Both the position numbers and the translations under genes were made by a program. Of a DNA stretch of 64,000 bases, positions 50,927 through 59,339 are shown in pieces (position 1 is the stretch's first letter; every line of letters begins with the position of its first letter). Under the pieces are notes generated by a model, which had not been told where the DNA came from, did not search any database, and saw nothing but the letters and a program-made list of their open reading frames with translations. This DNA comes from Patescibacteria group bacterium. Lineage in GTDB: Bacteria; Patescibacteriota; Kazan-3B-28; UBA10110. The DNA is taken from assembly GCA_016936175.1 (NCBI GenBank), contig JAFGPN010000016.1:1648-65647 (forward strand), written 5' to 3'.

Positions 50927-52413
50927 TGAAACGGGGGCTAACCATTTTGTTATTAGTCAGTTTCATTCTGGGGGTGGCTTCCGGCCCTGTTTTTAGTTGG
51001 CAGAACAGTTTGGTCGCCATCTGGTTAATTGGCGGCCTTGTCTTATTGGCGGCTTTATATCGGCGACGTTACCTTTGGTTTGCGTGGGGATTATTATCAA
51101 TAGCTGTCCTAGTCATCGGTAATCTACGTTTTGGTTTGAGTAATTCCATTAAAGCCGATGATGTTAGTAGTTTGGGTGGCCAAACCGTTGAACTAACTGG
51201 TGTTGTGTCAACAGATCCTCAACCAGGCGCCACAACGACCAAGCTAACTGTTAGTCTGCTAACCGATGCCAATCAGCCTGCTGTTACTGGAAGAATATTA
51301 GTTACCGTTCCTACCCGACCCGATTACGAATATGGCAATCTTGTGCAAATATCCGGTCAAGTTAGTCGACCCATTAATCGAGACGGATTTGATTATGCCG
51401 GTTATCTTGCTCGATTTGGCATCCATGCCACGATGGACTATCCCGTAATTGAGGTCACCGAACCATTTGTAGGCAGTCTATTGCTTCGCGATTTGTATAT
51501 AGTTAAGCATCGCCTGATTAAGGCAGGGCAGAGCGCTTTACCCGAACCCGCCGCTGGGCTACTCTCCGGTTTATTATTTGGGGTAAAAAGCGATCTACCC
51601 GCTTCACTATCGGATAACTTTAACCGAGTCGGGCTAACTCACATCATCGCTCTATCCGGTTTTAACATTACCATCATCGCTACTAGCTTGCTTTGGCTGT
51701 TGCGATTTTTGCCGTTGCGCTGGCGGTTTGGTTTAGCCATGGCTGTAATTCTTTTATTTGTGCTGATGACCGGCGCTTCTCCTTCTGTTACCCGGGCCGC
51801 CATAATGGGCATCTTGGTATTATTAGCTGGCCTGACCGGTCGGTTAGCCGATAGCGGTATCGCCTTATTATTAGCCGCTGTCGCCATGCTACTGGGCAAT
51901 CCTTTAGTGCTGTACTACGATGTCGGTTTTCAATTATCGTTTGTTGCAACGCTCGGCATCATCTATCTTAGCCCCGTGTTCGAGGATATTTTTAAAAAGA
52001 CCCCTCATTGGCTACGTGGCTATCTCTCTCCCACCTTGGCGGCGTTAGTTTTTTCGACCCCGCTGTTGGTTTACCAATTTGAGCGACTATCACTGATCGC
52101 CCCATTGTCTAATTTATTGGCGCTACCGGTGATAGCATTAGCCATGGGGTTGGGTTTTGCCGCCATAGCGGGAAGTTTAATTTACCCACCGATCGGCCTG
52201 GTTATTGGCCTACTGGCCGTCTGGCCTCTTAATTACATTATCGGTGTGGCTAATGTATTGGCCAGCTTGCCAGTAGCATCGATCGCGGTTAAAGTTTCAT
52301 CTGCTTGGTGGGTAGTAATCGCCTATGCCATATTGGGAGTGAGTTTAGCCTTTAGACAAAGTCGTGCGCCAAAAACTGATCTGGAGTTGCATCCTCTTAC
52401 TACTGCTAGCTAA
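50926..52413 (+). CDS. comEC: ComEC/Rec2 competence channel (DUF4131 + Competence domains)
   Basis: FDY..YL, GLTHIIALSGFN, PSV.RA..M, GFQLSF.AT. Confidence 0.92.
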   Translation: MKRGLTILLLVSFILGVASGPVFSWQNSLVAIWLIGGLVLLAALYRRRYLWFAWGLLSIAVLVIGNLRFGLSNSIKADDVSSLGGQTVELTGVVSTDPQPGATTTKLTVSLLTDANQPAVTGRILVTVPTRPDYEYGNLVQISGQVSRPINRDGFDYAGYLARFGIHATMDYPVIEVTEPFVGSLLLRDLYIVKHRLIKAGQSALPEPAAGLLSGLLFGVKSDLPASLSDNFNRVGLTHIIALSGFNITIIATSLLWLLRFLPLRWRFGLAMAVILLFVLMTGASPSVTRAAIMGILVLLAGLTGRLADSGIALLLAAVAMLLGNPLVLYYDVGFQLSFVATLGIIYLSPVFEDIFKKTPHWLRGYLSPTLAALVFSTPLLVYQFERLSLIAPLSNLLALPVIALAMGLGFAAIAGSLIYPPIGLVIGLLAVWPLNYIIGVANVLASLPVASIAVKVSSAWWVVIAYAILGVSLAFRQSRAPKTDLELHPLTTAS

Positions 52414-53176
52414 TGTTTATATTTGGCAGGGCGTGGCAGTTTGGGTCGACAGCCGTCCTGAGATTTATTTTCTTAATATCGGTCAAGGCGACTCAACTTT
52501 AATTGTGTCTGGCAATCATCAAGTCTTGGTTGATGGTGGACCGGACAAAAGTGTGATGGCAGAGTTGGGTAAAATCATGCCGATGTGGGATCGAACTATT
52601 GATCTGGTGGTGCTAACACATCCCCAGTCCGATCACTTAACCGGGCTATTTGCAGTTTTGGAGCGTTATCAGGTGGAAGAGATTTTAGCCACATTTGCTG
52701 AGTATGATAGCTCGCTCAATCGCGAATGGCTGAATGAAGTGCAGAAAAGTGGAGCCAAGCTAAACTATGCTGATCCGGCTGATGACTATCATTTTGGTGA
52801 CTTATATATTGATACGCTATTGCCCCTTGATTCGTCTGTTCAATCCGCAGATATTAATGAAGATTCAGTCATTCTGCGAGTCAGCGGAGATAATCTCAGC
52901 GTGCTATTAATGGGCGATGCTGGATTTGCCACCGAAGATAGTTTGTTAAATATCTATCCAGGCATTTCGGCTGATATTCTAAGAGTTGGACATCACGGCA
53001 GTAAATATAGCTCATCAATTAAATTTTTAGAACGGACAGAGTTTGATTCTGCAGTTATCTCGGTCGGTAAAAATTCGTACGGCCATCCATCACCAGAAAC
53101 AGTAGATCGCCTAAATAAAGTGAATGCCAAAATCTACCGCACCGATCAAGCCGGCACCATTCGGTTTGACTTATAA
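52364..53176 (+). CDS. ComEC-type metallo-beta-lactamase-fold protein (separate gene)
   Basis: GQGDS, VDGGP, THPQSDH..G, GDA, GHHGS, YGHP. Confidence 0.9.
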   Translation: MRQKLIWSCILLLLLANVYIWQGVAVWVDSRPEIYFLNIGQGDSTLIVSGNHQVLVDGGPDKSVMAELGKIMPMWDRTIDLVVLTHPQSDHLTGLFAVLERYQVEEILATFAEYDSSLNREWLNEVQKSGAKLNYADPADDYHFGDLYIDTLLPLDSSVQSADINEDSVILRVSGDNLSVLLMGDAGFATEDSLLNIYPGISADILRVGHHGSKYSSSIKFLERTEFDSAVISVGKNSYGHPSPETVDRLNKVNAKIYRTDQAGTIRFDL

Positions 53177-53184
53177 TAGGTCTG

Positions 53185-53496
53185 ATGGACGAACAGAAGA
53201 ATTTTATCCGATGCACCGAAGATTTCACCTGCGAGAACTGTGGGGCTAAGGTGGCAGGCTCCGGCTACACTAACCACTGCCCGAAGTGTTTATATAGTAA
53301 GCATGTCGATAACGTGCCCGGTGACCGAGCCAACCCCTGTGGCGGTCTAATGCCCCCGATCGGTGTTGAGTTGGAGCACGGTGAGTATGTGTTAACCCAC
53401 AAATGTCTCAAGTGTGGGACAGAAAAGCGCAATAAAACCACCGATAACGATAACTTCGATGAGATAGTTAGACTTAATCAAGATTTTCGTGTCTAA
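53185..53496 (+). CDS. RNHCP domain zinc-binding protein
   Basis: F.C..CG, TNHCP.CL.SKHVD..PGDR...C.G.M.P. Confidence 0.9.
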   Translation: MDEQKNFIRCTEDFTCENCGAKVAGSGYTNHCPKCLYSKHVDNVPGDRANPCGGLMPPIGVELEHGEYVLTHKCLKCGTEKRNKTTDNDNFDEIVRLNQDFRV

Positions 53497-54523
53497 TCTG
53501 ATTCCAATTAGTTGGCCTACCTATCTATGGCCATTTAGTGTCGCCCTGATTCTGGGCTATCTCTTAACCTTGGCCATAAAGCTATACGCCGAAAAGCGCA
53601 ATTGGTTTGCCTACTACACCTCGCACCAGACTCACCGGCGCAAGATGGTGCGCCTAGGCGGTGTTGCCATCTATTTAGCCTTTATTATCCCTCTTCTGAT
53701 ATTTATGGATTTAACTCCCCAGTTGACTGGTCTGCTAATCTCGGTTTCTTTAATGTTTTTGATGGGGTTGCTCGACGACATCTACAATTTAAAAGCCTGG
53801 CTTAAAATACTAATCCAGTTATTGGCTATCGGTACGGCTTTAGCATTCGGAATTCGAATTGACCAGATTACTAATCCGTTTGGCGGAGTGATTATCCTAT
53901 CTCCGATCTGGAACTTAGGGTTAACCGCCGTATGGTTGTGGCTAGTTACCAACGCGGTTAATTTGTTAGACGGCTTAGACGGATTAGCGGCCGGGGCTAC
54001 CTCCATCGCGGCAGGCGCCTTGTTTTACTTAAGCCTGTTTGCTTTTGTTAATCAGCCGCAGACCGCCGTATTAGCCATTATCTTATTGGGGACTTCTCTG
54101 GGATTCCTGCGATGGAACTGGTTTCCGGCCAAGATCTTTATGGGCGATTCTGGCAGTTATACGCTTGGTTTCTTGGTGGGGGCCTTAGCTATCATCGGCG
54201 GCGCCAAGTTAGCCACGGCTTCTCTGGTGTTGGGCTTTCCCCTATTAGATGCGGTCTATGCTATTATTCGGCGCCTGCTTCACGGCAAAAATCCATTCTC
54301 AGCCGATCGAGACCACCTTCACCACCGACTTCTGGCCGTGGGCGTCCCCCATATGGGGGTTACGCTGATTATTCTAGGCATCTCAGCGGTTTTTGGAATC
54401 GTTTCGCTGTTGTCTGGAACTTGGGCCAAGTTAATCGCCTTGGCTGTAACCTTGGTAGTAATGATTTTGCTTATCAGGACTATCTTTTTGGTCCAAAGGA
54501 GAAAAGGGAGCTTGCCCCGTTAG
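53489..54523 (+). CDS. Undecaprenyl-phosphate GlcNAc-1-phosphate transferase (WecA/TagO-like)
   Basis: LGG.AI, GLLDD, NAVNLLDGLDGLA, IFMGDSG, DRDHLHHRL. Confidence 0.92.
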   Translation: MSNLIPISWPTYLWPFSVALILGYLLTLAIKLYAEKRNWFAYYTSHQTHRRKMVRLGGVAIYLAFIIPLLIFMDLTPQLTGLLISVSLMFLMGLLDDIYNLKAWLKILIQLLAIGTALAFGIRIDQITNPFGGVIILSPIWNLGLTAVWLWLVTNAVNLLDGLDGLAAGATSIAAGALFYLSLFAFVNQPQTAVLAIILLGTSLGFLRWNWFPAKIFMGDSGSYTLGFLVGALAIIGGAKLATASLVLGFPLLDAVYAIIRRLLHGKNPFSADRDHLHHRLLAVGVPHMGVTLIILGISAVFGIVSLLSGTWAKLIALAVTLVVMILLIRTIFLVQRRKGSLPR

Positions 54524-54624
54524 AAATTCGACAGAGGGTTCGGGGCATGTCAGTTGTTGCCGTGCGGTAGCGCGTTGCTTACAGATATCAATTTTTCTGC
54601 TCTAGCCCTAAATTTCTAATGGGG
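54515..54624. mobile_element. CCCCGTTAGAA-TIR miniature element, copy 4 (110 bp)
   Basis: CCCCGTTAGAAATT...AATTTCTAATGGGG; provides the TAG stop of the upstream gene. Confidence 0.75.
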
Positions 54625-54637
54625 TCCACAGACTATG

Positions 54638-54667
54638 ATTGACATAATTGTCAATATAGGGTATGAT
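54638..54667 (+). promoter_or_regulatory. Promoter with a palindrome over its -35
   Basis: TTGACA-N17-TATGAT; ATTGACA-taat-TGTCAAT at 54638-54655. Confidence 0.6.
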
Positions 54668-54706
54668 GAGAAAACGAGTCAGCAACCAAAAATAAAACAA
54701 AAAACC

Positions 54707-55072
54707 ATGAATGATCGCCAGTTCGAGAAGCTCGTCCAGAACCTACAGGATGTGATGCGCTGTCCCAACTGCTCGTCCCCCTACTTCTTGGACGATATTC
54801 ATTATCTGGGGCAGATGGATACGATGACCTTTCTGCACCTGCGTTGCCACAAGTGCAGTACCCCGGTATTCGCCAGTGTGGCGGTAGCAGATCAAGAAGG
54901 TGGTTTACTCGAGGCAGAGATCGTTGATGAACAGATTATCAAGCGCCGGAAGCTAGTGGCTGCAGACTCCCCTCTGTTTCGACCAGTAACCCACGACGAT
55001 GTGCTGGACATTCACGATGCCCTATTCAAATCTGGGGATAGTCTGGATCTCTTCTTAAGCCCTGGTCGTTAA
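54707..55072 (+). CDS. Hypothetical C4 zinc-ribbon protein (ATG 54707 preferred, downstream of the promoter)
   Basis: RCPNC...L.C.KC; C-terminal ..DDVLD.H..L. Confidence 0.65.
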   Translation: MNDRQFEKLVQNLQDVMRCPNCSSPYFLDDIHYLGQMDTMTFLHLRCHKCSTPVFASVAVADQEGGLLEAEIVDEQIIKRRKLVAADSPLFRPVTHDDVLDIHDALFKSGDSLDLFLSPGR

Positions 55073-55160
55073 GGCCCTCGAATCACCCCAACGAAAGCCT
55101 TGCTCCTGCAGGGCTTTTTCAGTATAGTAACGAAGTTAGATCAGTTAAACTTTATCTCCA

Positions 55161-55841
55161 ATGGCTAAAACCGACGTGTCTAGCCTTAAGGCTACTAAAC
55201 GCGATCTATCCATCCCCCCCAGTAGATTGCGCCGAGAGGGCGTTCTCCCGGGGGTATTGTATGGTCGGGAGACAGAGCCCGTCCCCCTTTCGATTCCTTT
55301 CGATGCTTTTGAGCGGCTGTATCGCGAGGCCGGCGAGACCACTATTATCGGTTTACAGATCGAAGGCGAGGCGACACCGCGCCAGATTTTGGTAAAAGAT
55401 ACTCAGTTCGATCCGGTAGAGGGTAATCACATTCACGTCGATCTTTATCAAATTAAGGCTGACGAAGAGCTTAAGGCAACTGTGCCACTTAAGTTTATTA
55501 ACGAAGCCCCAGCGGTTAAAGAATTTGGTGGCATTCTAATTACTAATAAAGATGAGATTGAGGTAGAGTGTTTGCCAAAAGATTTACCGCGCGACATCGA
55601 AGTAAACTTAGCCGTGTTAACCACCATCGATAGCTCCATCACGGTTAAAGATTTAGTAATTCCTAATGGTGTCAAGACTTTATCCGAACCGGACGAGTCG
55701 ATTGTGGTAGTTACACCGCCGGCCGCCGAAGAAGTGGAGCCAGAAGTTAAGACCGAAGCCGAGGCAGTAGCCGAAGTAGAGGCCACCGAAGAAAAACCTG
55801 CTACCGAAGAAGAAAATCCAGAAGAGGACAAAAAAGAATAA
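55161..55841 (+). CDS. rplY: 50S ribosomal protein L25/Ctc
   Basis: LRREG.LPGVLYG, Q.DPV...IHVD, VECLP.DLP..IEV, acidic tail. Confidence 0.95.
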   Translation: MAKTDVSSLKATKRDLSIPPSRLRREGVLPGVLYGRETEPVPLSIPFDAFERLYREAGETTIIGLQIEGEATPRQILVKDTQFDPVEGNHIHVDLYQIKADEELKATVPLKFINEAPAVKEFGGILITNKDEIEVECLPKDLPRDIEVNLAVLTTIDSSITVKDLVIPNGVKTLSEPDESIVVVTPPAAEEVEPEVKTEAEAVAEVEATEEKPATEEENPEEDKKE

Positions 55842-55865
55842 TTCCTGCTAACTAATTTAATAAAC

Positions 55866-55903
55866 AACCTTCGCCGCAAAAATTTGCGGCGAAGGTTTTA
55901 TTT
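55866..55903 (+). terminator. Rho-independent terminator after rplY
   Basis: AACCTTCGCCGCAAA/TTTGCGGCGAAGGTT stem followed by a T-rich tail. Confidence 0.8.
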
Positions 55904-56027
55904 AGCTAATAATTCAACGATTTGTGTTGCGTGGCTTGACAAGAATAGTTACAATTTAGTTACGGGGGTGTTACAATAACAAAGTTAATAGGAAAATTTT
56001 ATTAGTTAATTTCGAGGAGGGTAGGAC

Positions 56028-56213
56028 ATGGCTGTCAGAAGACGCCGTAAGGCTGCCGCCAAGAAGACCACCACAAAAAAAAGGAGAGTGGTCCGTCGCC
56101 GCAAGGCGAAGAAGGCCGCACCTAAAAAGAGAGTGGTCCGTCGCCGCAAGGCGAAGAAGGCCGCGCCTAAGAAGAAAGTTGTCCGCCGTCGCCGCAGAAA
56201 GGCGCGCAAGTAG
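56028..56213 (+). CDS. Protamine/histone H1-like basic protein (61 aa)
   Basis: GAGGAGG RBS; 37/61 K+R, no acidic residues; 15-aa repeat x2 with synonymous changes; own terminator. Confidence 0.8.
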   Translation: MAVRRRRKAAAKKTTTKKRRVVRRRKAKKAAPKKRVVRRRKAKKAAPKKKVVRRRRRKARK

Positions 56214-56235
56214 GCGGATAACAGATTTTGCAATC

Positions 56236-56267
56236 AAAGAGCTCACAGCCAATGCGGTGAGCTTTTT
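56236..56267 (+). terminator. Rho-independent terminator after the basic protein gene
   Basis: AGAGCTCAC..GTGAGCTTTTT. Confidence 0.7.
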
Positions 56268-56351
56268 GGTTAAAGAAAGTTGACTGAGAGCTAATTATCC
56301 TCTATGGTGGGGCTGTTTTAATCTTGCTTGGGCAAAGGAGGTGAATAACCA

Positions 56352-56750
56352 ATGCCCTCAACCGAGCCTTTGACATGTGAGTCTCAGTTCCAAAGCTCCG
56401 ATTCTTTTACCAACCGGTTGTTGGTCGCAGCAGTGGAGGTGTTGTTGTCCGCTATCATCAACCCAGCCACGCCCCCATCCCCCATTTCGTATCTGCCCCG
56501 CTACTCATATCAGGTTCTCGATGAACACTTGCGTCGAACCTATCTTCCCCAACAACTTTCAGAATCCGCGCTAGAGATAGTTAGCATGTTCCTGCCCATC
56601 GATGGGAATTGGAACACTTTATTGGATCTAGCGTCAATGCTAACCAACAAAAGGGACCAGGTAATTCTAATCGGAGCAGTTGCTTATATCGAAGCGTGGA
56701 GCAGGTTTAACCCTCTTCCAACCTCAAGTGGCAATACGCCTCGCGGTTAA
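56352..56750 (+). CDS. Hypothetical protein (orphan)
   Basis: AAGGAGGTGA RBS; upstream TTGACT-N17-TATGGT. Confidence 0.55.
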   Translation: MPSTEPLTCESQFQSSDSFTNRLLVAAVEVLLSAIINPATPPSPISYLPRYSYQVLDEHLRRTYLPQQLSESALEIVSMFLPIDGNWNTLLDLASMLTNKRDQVILIGAVAYIEAWSRFNPLPTSSGNTPRG

Positions 56751-56811
56751 CTATAAAGATACAGCTGGCATTGCTACCAGCCGCCCTCTTTAAACATTAG
56801 CCGCTTTTTTA

Positions 56812-57336
56812 TTAAGCCGCTTTTTCTAATTCTTTTTCGTAACGGTTTAGATCGGTTACGTTGTAAAGACGGTGACCCCCGACTTCCGGGCGATTAGATA
56901 CTTGTAATTTAGAGCGGGCGATAAGTCCTCGCACTCGGCTATCAGCCATTCTCTTACTGTCTTTGCCGTATTTCTTTTTCCAGTCTGGATTGGTGGTTAA
57001 TCCCTCTGCCATTAGGTAAAACAGCTCGCTAGCCCGGTCAGCCTCCAATAAATCTTCTTTGGCTAATTCTTCTATTGCTACCAAGATGCGCGCGGGCTCG
57101 TCATTATGAAAATCACGCACGTGTGGCGTAACCATCTCGCGAATCTCTTGAGCGACATCTTCCCCGGCCCGAGCCTCGATTAGAGGCATCAGCTCCCCGG
57201 TGATTAGGTCCATCCCTGCCTTAACTGCTGCATCGATAGGGGGCAACTTGTCGGCGGGTAAATTAAAAGTCCAGGTTTCACCATCCCCGTAAACGGGGAC
57301 ATCGGGAATACGTTCACCTTGTTGATCTCTGCTCAT
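56812..57336 (-). CDS. Hypothetical protein (orphan)
   Basis: 174-aa charged ORF; upstream TATACT. Confidence 0.6.
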   Translation of the reverse strand: MSRDQQGERIPDVPVYGDGETWTFNLPADKLPPIDAAVKAGMDLITGELMPLIEARAGEDVAQEIREMVTPHVRDFHNDEPARILVAIEELAKEDLLEADRASELFYLMAEGLTTNPDWKKKYGKDSKRMADSRVRGLIARSKLQVSNRPEVGGHRLYNVTDLNRYEKELEKAA

Positions 57337-57460
57337 AGCTGTTTAAGTTACTTTTCTAATAAATGATTGTTTTATTAGTATATCACAAAAAGCCGCTCCT
57401 GTAAAGCATTTTTTCACACCTACCCCATATGATTTCTAAAATATCAGGTCAGAGCCTATA

Positions 57461-57571
57461 CCCCGTTAGAAATTCGGCGATGCTGCTTATCCCACCACTA
57501 AGATTGTCGCGCGGTAGCGCGTTGCTCACTAATGTCTACTTTTCAGCTTTGGTGGTCAATTTCTAACGGGG
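57461..57571. mobile_element. CCCCGTTAGAA-TIR miniature element, copy 5 (111 bp)
   Basis: TATACCCCGTTAGAAATT...AATTTCTAACGGGGTATA perfect 18-bp IR. Confidence 0.8.
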
Positions 57572-57584
57572 TATACTATAAAAG

Positions 57585-59333
57585 ATGGACTATCGAGAGC
57601 TAAGGCAAAAATTTATTAGTTTTTGGCAGGAGCAGGGTCACGCCCTGGTCCCGTCATCTTCTCTAATCCCCCAACACGACGCCTCGGTGTTGTTGACTAC
57701 CGCCGGGATGCAACAGTTCAAACCTTATTTTACTGGGACGCCTAGCCCGTATGGCGCCAGCGTGGTCAGCATTCAAAAATGTTTTCGGACTGCCGACATC
57801 GACGAGATTGGAGACGATACTCACCTCACCTTCTTTGAAATGCTAGGGCACTTCTCTTTTGGTGATTATTTTAAAGATAAGGCGCTAAAATTAGCCTGGC
57901 AATTTATTACCAGCCCCGATTACCTGGGCATCGACCCAAAGCGAATCTATGCTTCCTATTACAATGGCGACAGACCAAATACAACGGCGGATGATGTCTC
58001 AAAACAGATCTTGGAGTCGTTACCAGGGCTAACTAAGGTAGTCGCTCGAGGCGCGGTGGATAATTTTTGGGGCCCAACCGGAGATGAAGGTCCCTGCGGG
58101 CCAAACGTCGAGTTCTATGTTGATGATGTCGAAATCTGGAACGAGGTATTTAACGAATTTTATTGCCAAGTCGATGGCGCACTAACCCCCCTATCTACGC
58201 CTGGTGTTGATATGGGCGGCGGATTGGAGCGCATCTTAACTGCAGTAACGCCAGAAGCCACCAGTCTTTATGACACAGATGCCTTTGCCCCCATCATTGA
58301 GGCGATTAAGCAACACGCTCCCGGTGTGGGAGAGAACGAGCGATCCCTTAGAATAATATCCGACCATCTGCGCGGTAGCGTATTTTTACTGGGCGACCAT
58401 ATTCAGCCGAGCAACAAAGAACAGGGCTATATTTTGCGTCGTTTGCTTAGGCGAGCCATCTTGCATTTAGATAAATTAGGCGCTGTCGCTGGTTTCGAAG
58501 AAATTATCACTACGATTATTAACCAGTATGGCGAATTTTATCCCGAGTTGCTTAAGGAACAAAAGATGATTTTGCAGTTAGCCGCTCTTGAGCGAGACAA
58601 GTTTCTTAAGACTATTGCCGATGGCCAGAAAGAACTGGCCAAGATATTAAACAAGGTCGGGTCGGTGGTAGACGGCGAAGTAGCATTTAGTTTATTCTCC
58701 ACTTATGGCTTGCCTCTCGATTTTGTTAAAGAAGAAGCCCAGCGGTTAAATAAATCGATCGACCTACCGGCTTACGATCAGGCGTTTGCCAAACATCAAG
58801 AGGTTTCTCGGGCGGGGGTAGAGAGCAAATTCGGTGGACACGGCCTAGCCTCCGGCGCGGTTGTTAGCGAAGCCGATAAACAGATAATTACCCGAATGCA
58901 TACCGCTACTCATCTGTTGCATGCGGCTTTAATAAAGTTTTTGGGGCCCGAAGTTAAGCAGGGCGGATCGGATTTAACCACGGAACGAATCCGTTTTGAT
59001 TTTACCTTTTCGCGTGGGATGACGACCGAAGAAAAACAGCAGGTAGAAGATTGGGTTAACGCCCGAATCAAGCAAAACCTAAAAGTTTTGCGCGAGGAGA
59101 AGCCGATTAAAGATGCCTTAGCCGAAGGGGCGCTATCTTTCTTTAAAGAAAAATATCCAGATATCGTTAGCGTCTACACTATATATAATGAAAGTACTGG
59201 CGAGGTGGTCAGCAAGGAACTCTGCGGCGGCCCGCACATAGAGCATACGGGAGAGATTGGAGCATTTCACATTACCAAAGAACAGAGTAGCTCCGCTGGG
59301 GTTCGTCGAATTCGTGCAACAATCGGGAAATAA
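57585..59333 (+). CDS. alaS: Alanine--tRNA ligase, short form
   Basis: AGMQQFKP, H.TFFEMLG.FS, GPCGP, GYILRRLLRRA, HTATHLLH, ELCGGPH, GVRRI.A; no C-Ala domain. Confidence 0.97.
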   Translation: MDYRELRQKFISFWQEQGHALVPSSSLIPQHDASVLLTTAGMQQFKPYFTGTPSPYGASVVSIQKCFRTADIDEIGDDTHLTFFEMLGHFSFGDYFKDKALKLAWQFITSPDYLGIDPKRIYASYYNGDRPNTTADDVSKQILESLPGLTKVVARGAVDNFWGPTGDEGPCGPNVEFYVDDVEIWNEVFNEFYCQVDGALTPLSTPGVDMGGGLERILTAVTPEATSLYDTDAFAPIIEAIKQHAPGVGENERSLRIISDHLRGSVFLLGDHIQPSNKEQGYILRRLLRRAILHLDKLGAVAGFEEIITTIINQYGEFYPELLKEQKMILQLAALERDKFLKTIADGQKELAKILNKVGSVVDGEVAFSLFSTYGLPLDFVKEEAQRLNKSIDLPAYDQAFAKHQEVSRAGVESKFGGHGLASGAVVSEADKQIITRMHTATHLLHAALIKFLGPEVKQGGSDLTTERIRFDFTFSRGMTTEEKQQVEDWVNARIKQNLKVLREEKPIKDALAEGALSFFKEKYPDIVSVYTIYNESTGEVVSKELCGGPHIEHTGEIGAFHITKEQSSSAGVRRIRATIGK

Positions 59334-59339
59334 CTATCA

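Noticed and set aside
52364..52413. comEC frameshift or pseudogene
   Set aside because: The second ORF has its own start and N-terminal TM with intact motifs; separately encoded MBL domains are known.
56006..56233. Antisense ORFs over the basic protein gene
   Set aside because: Shadow of the repetitive + strand ORF, which has the SD and terminator.
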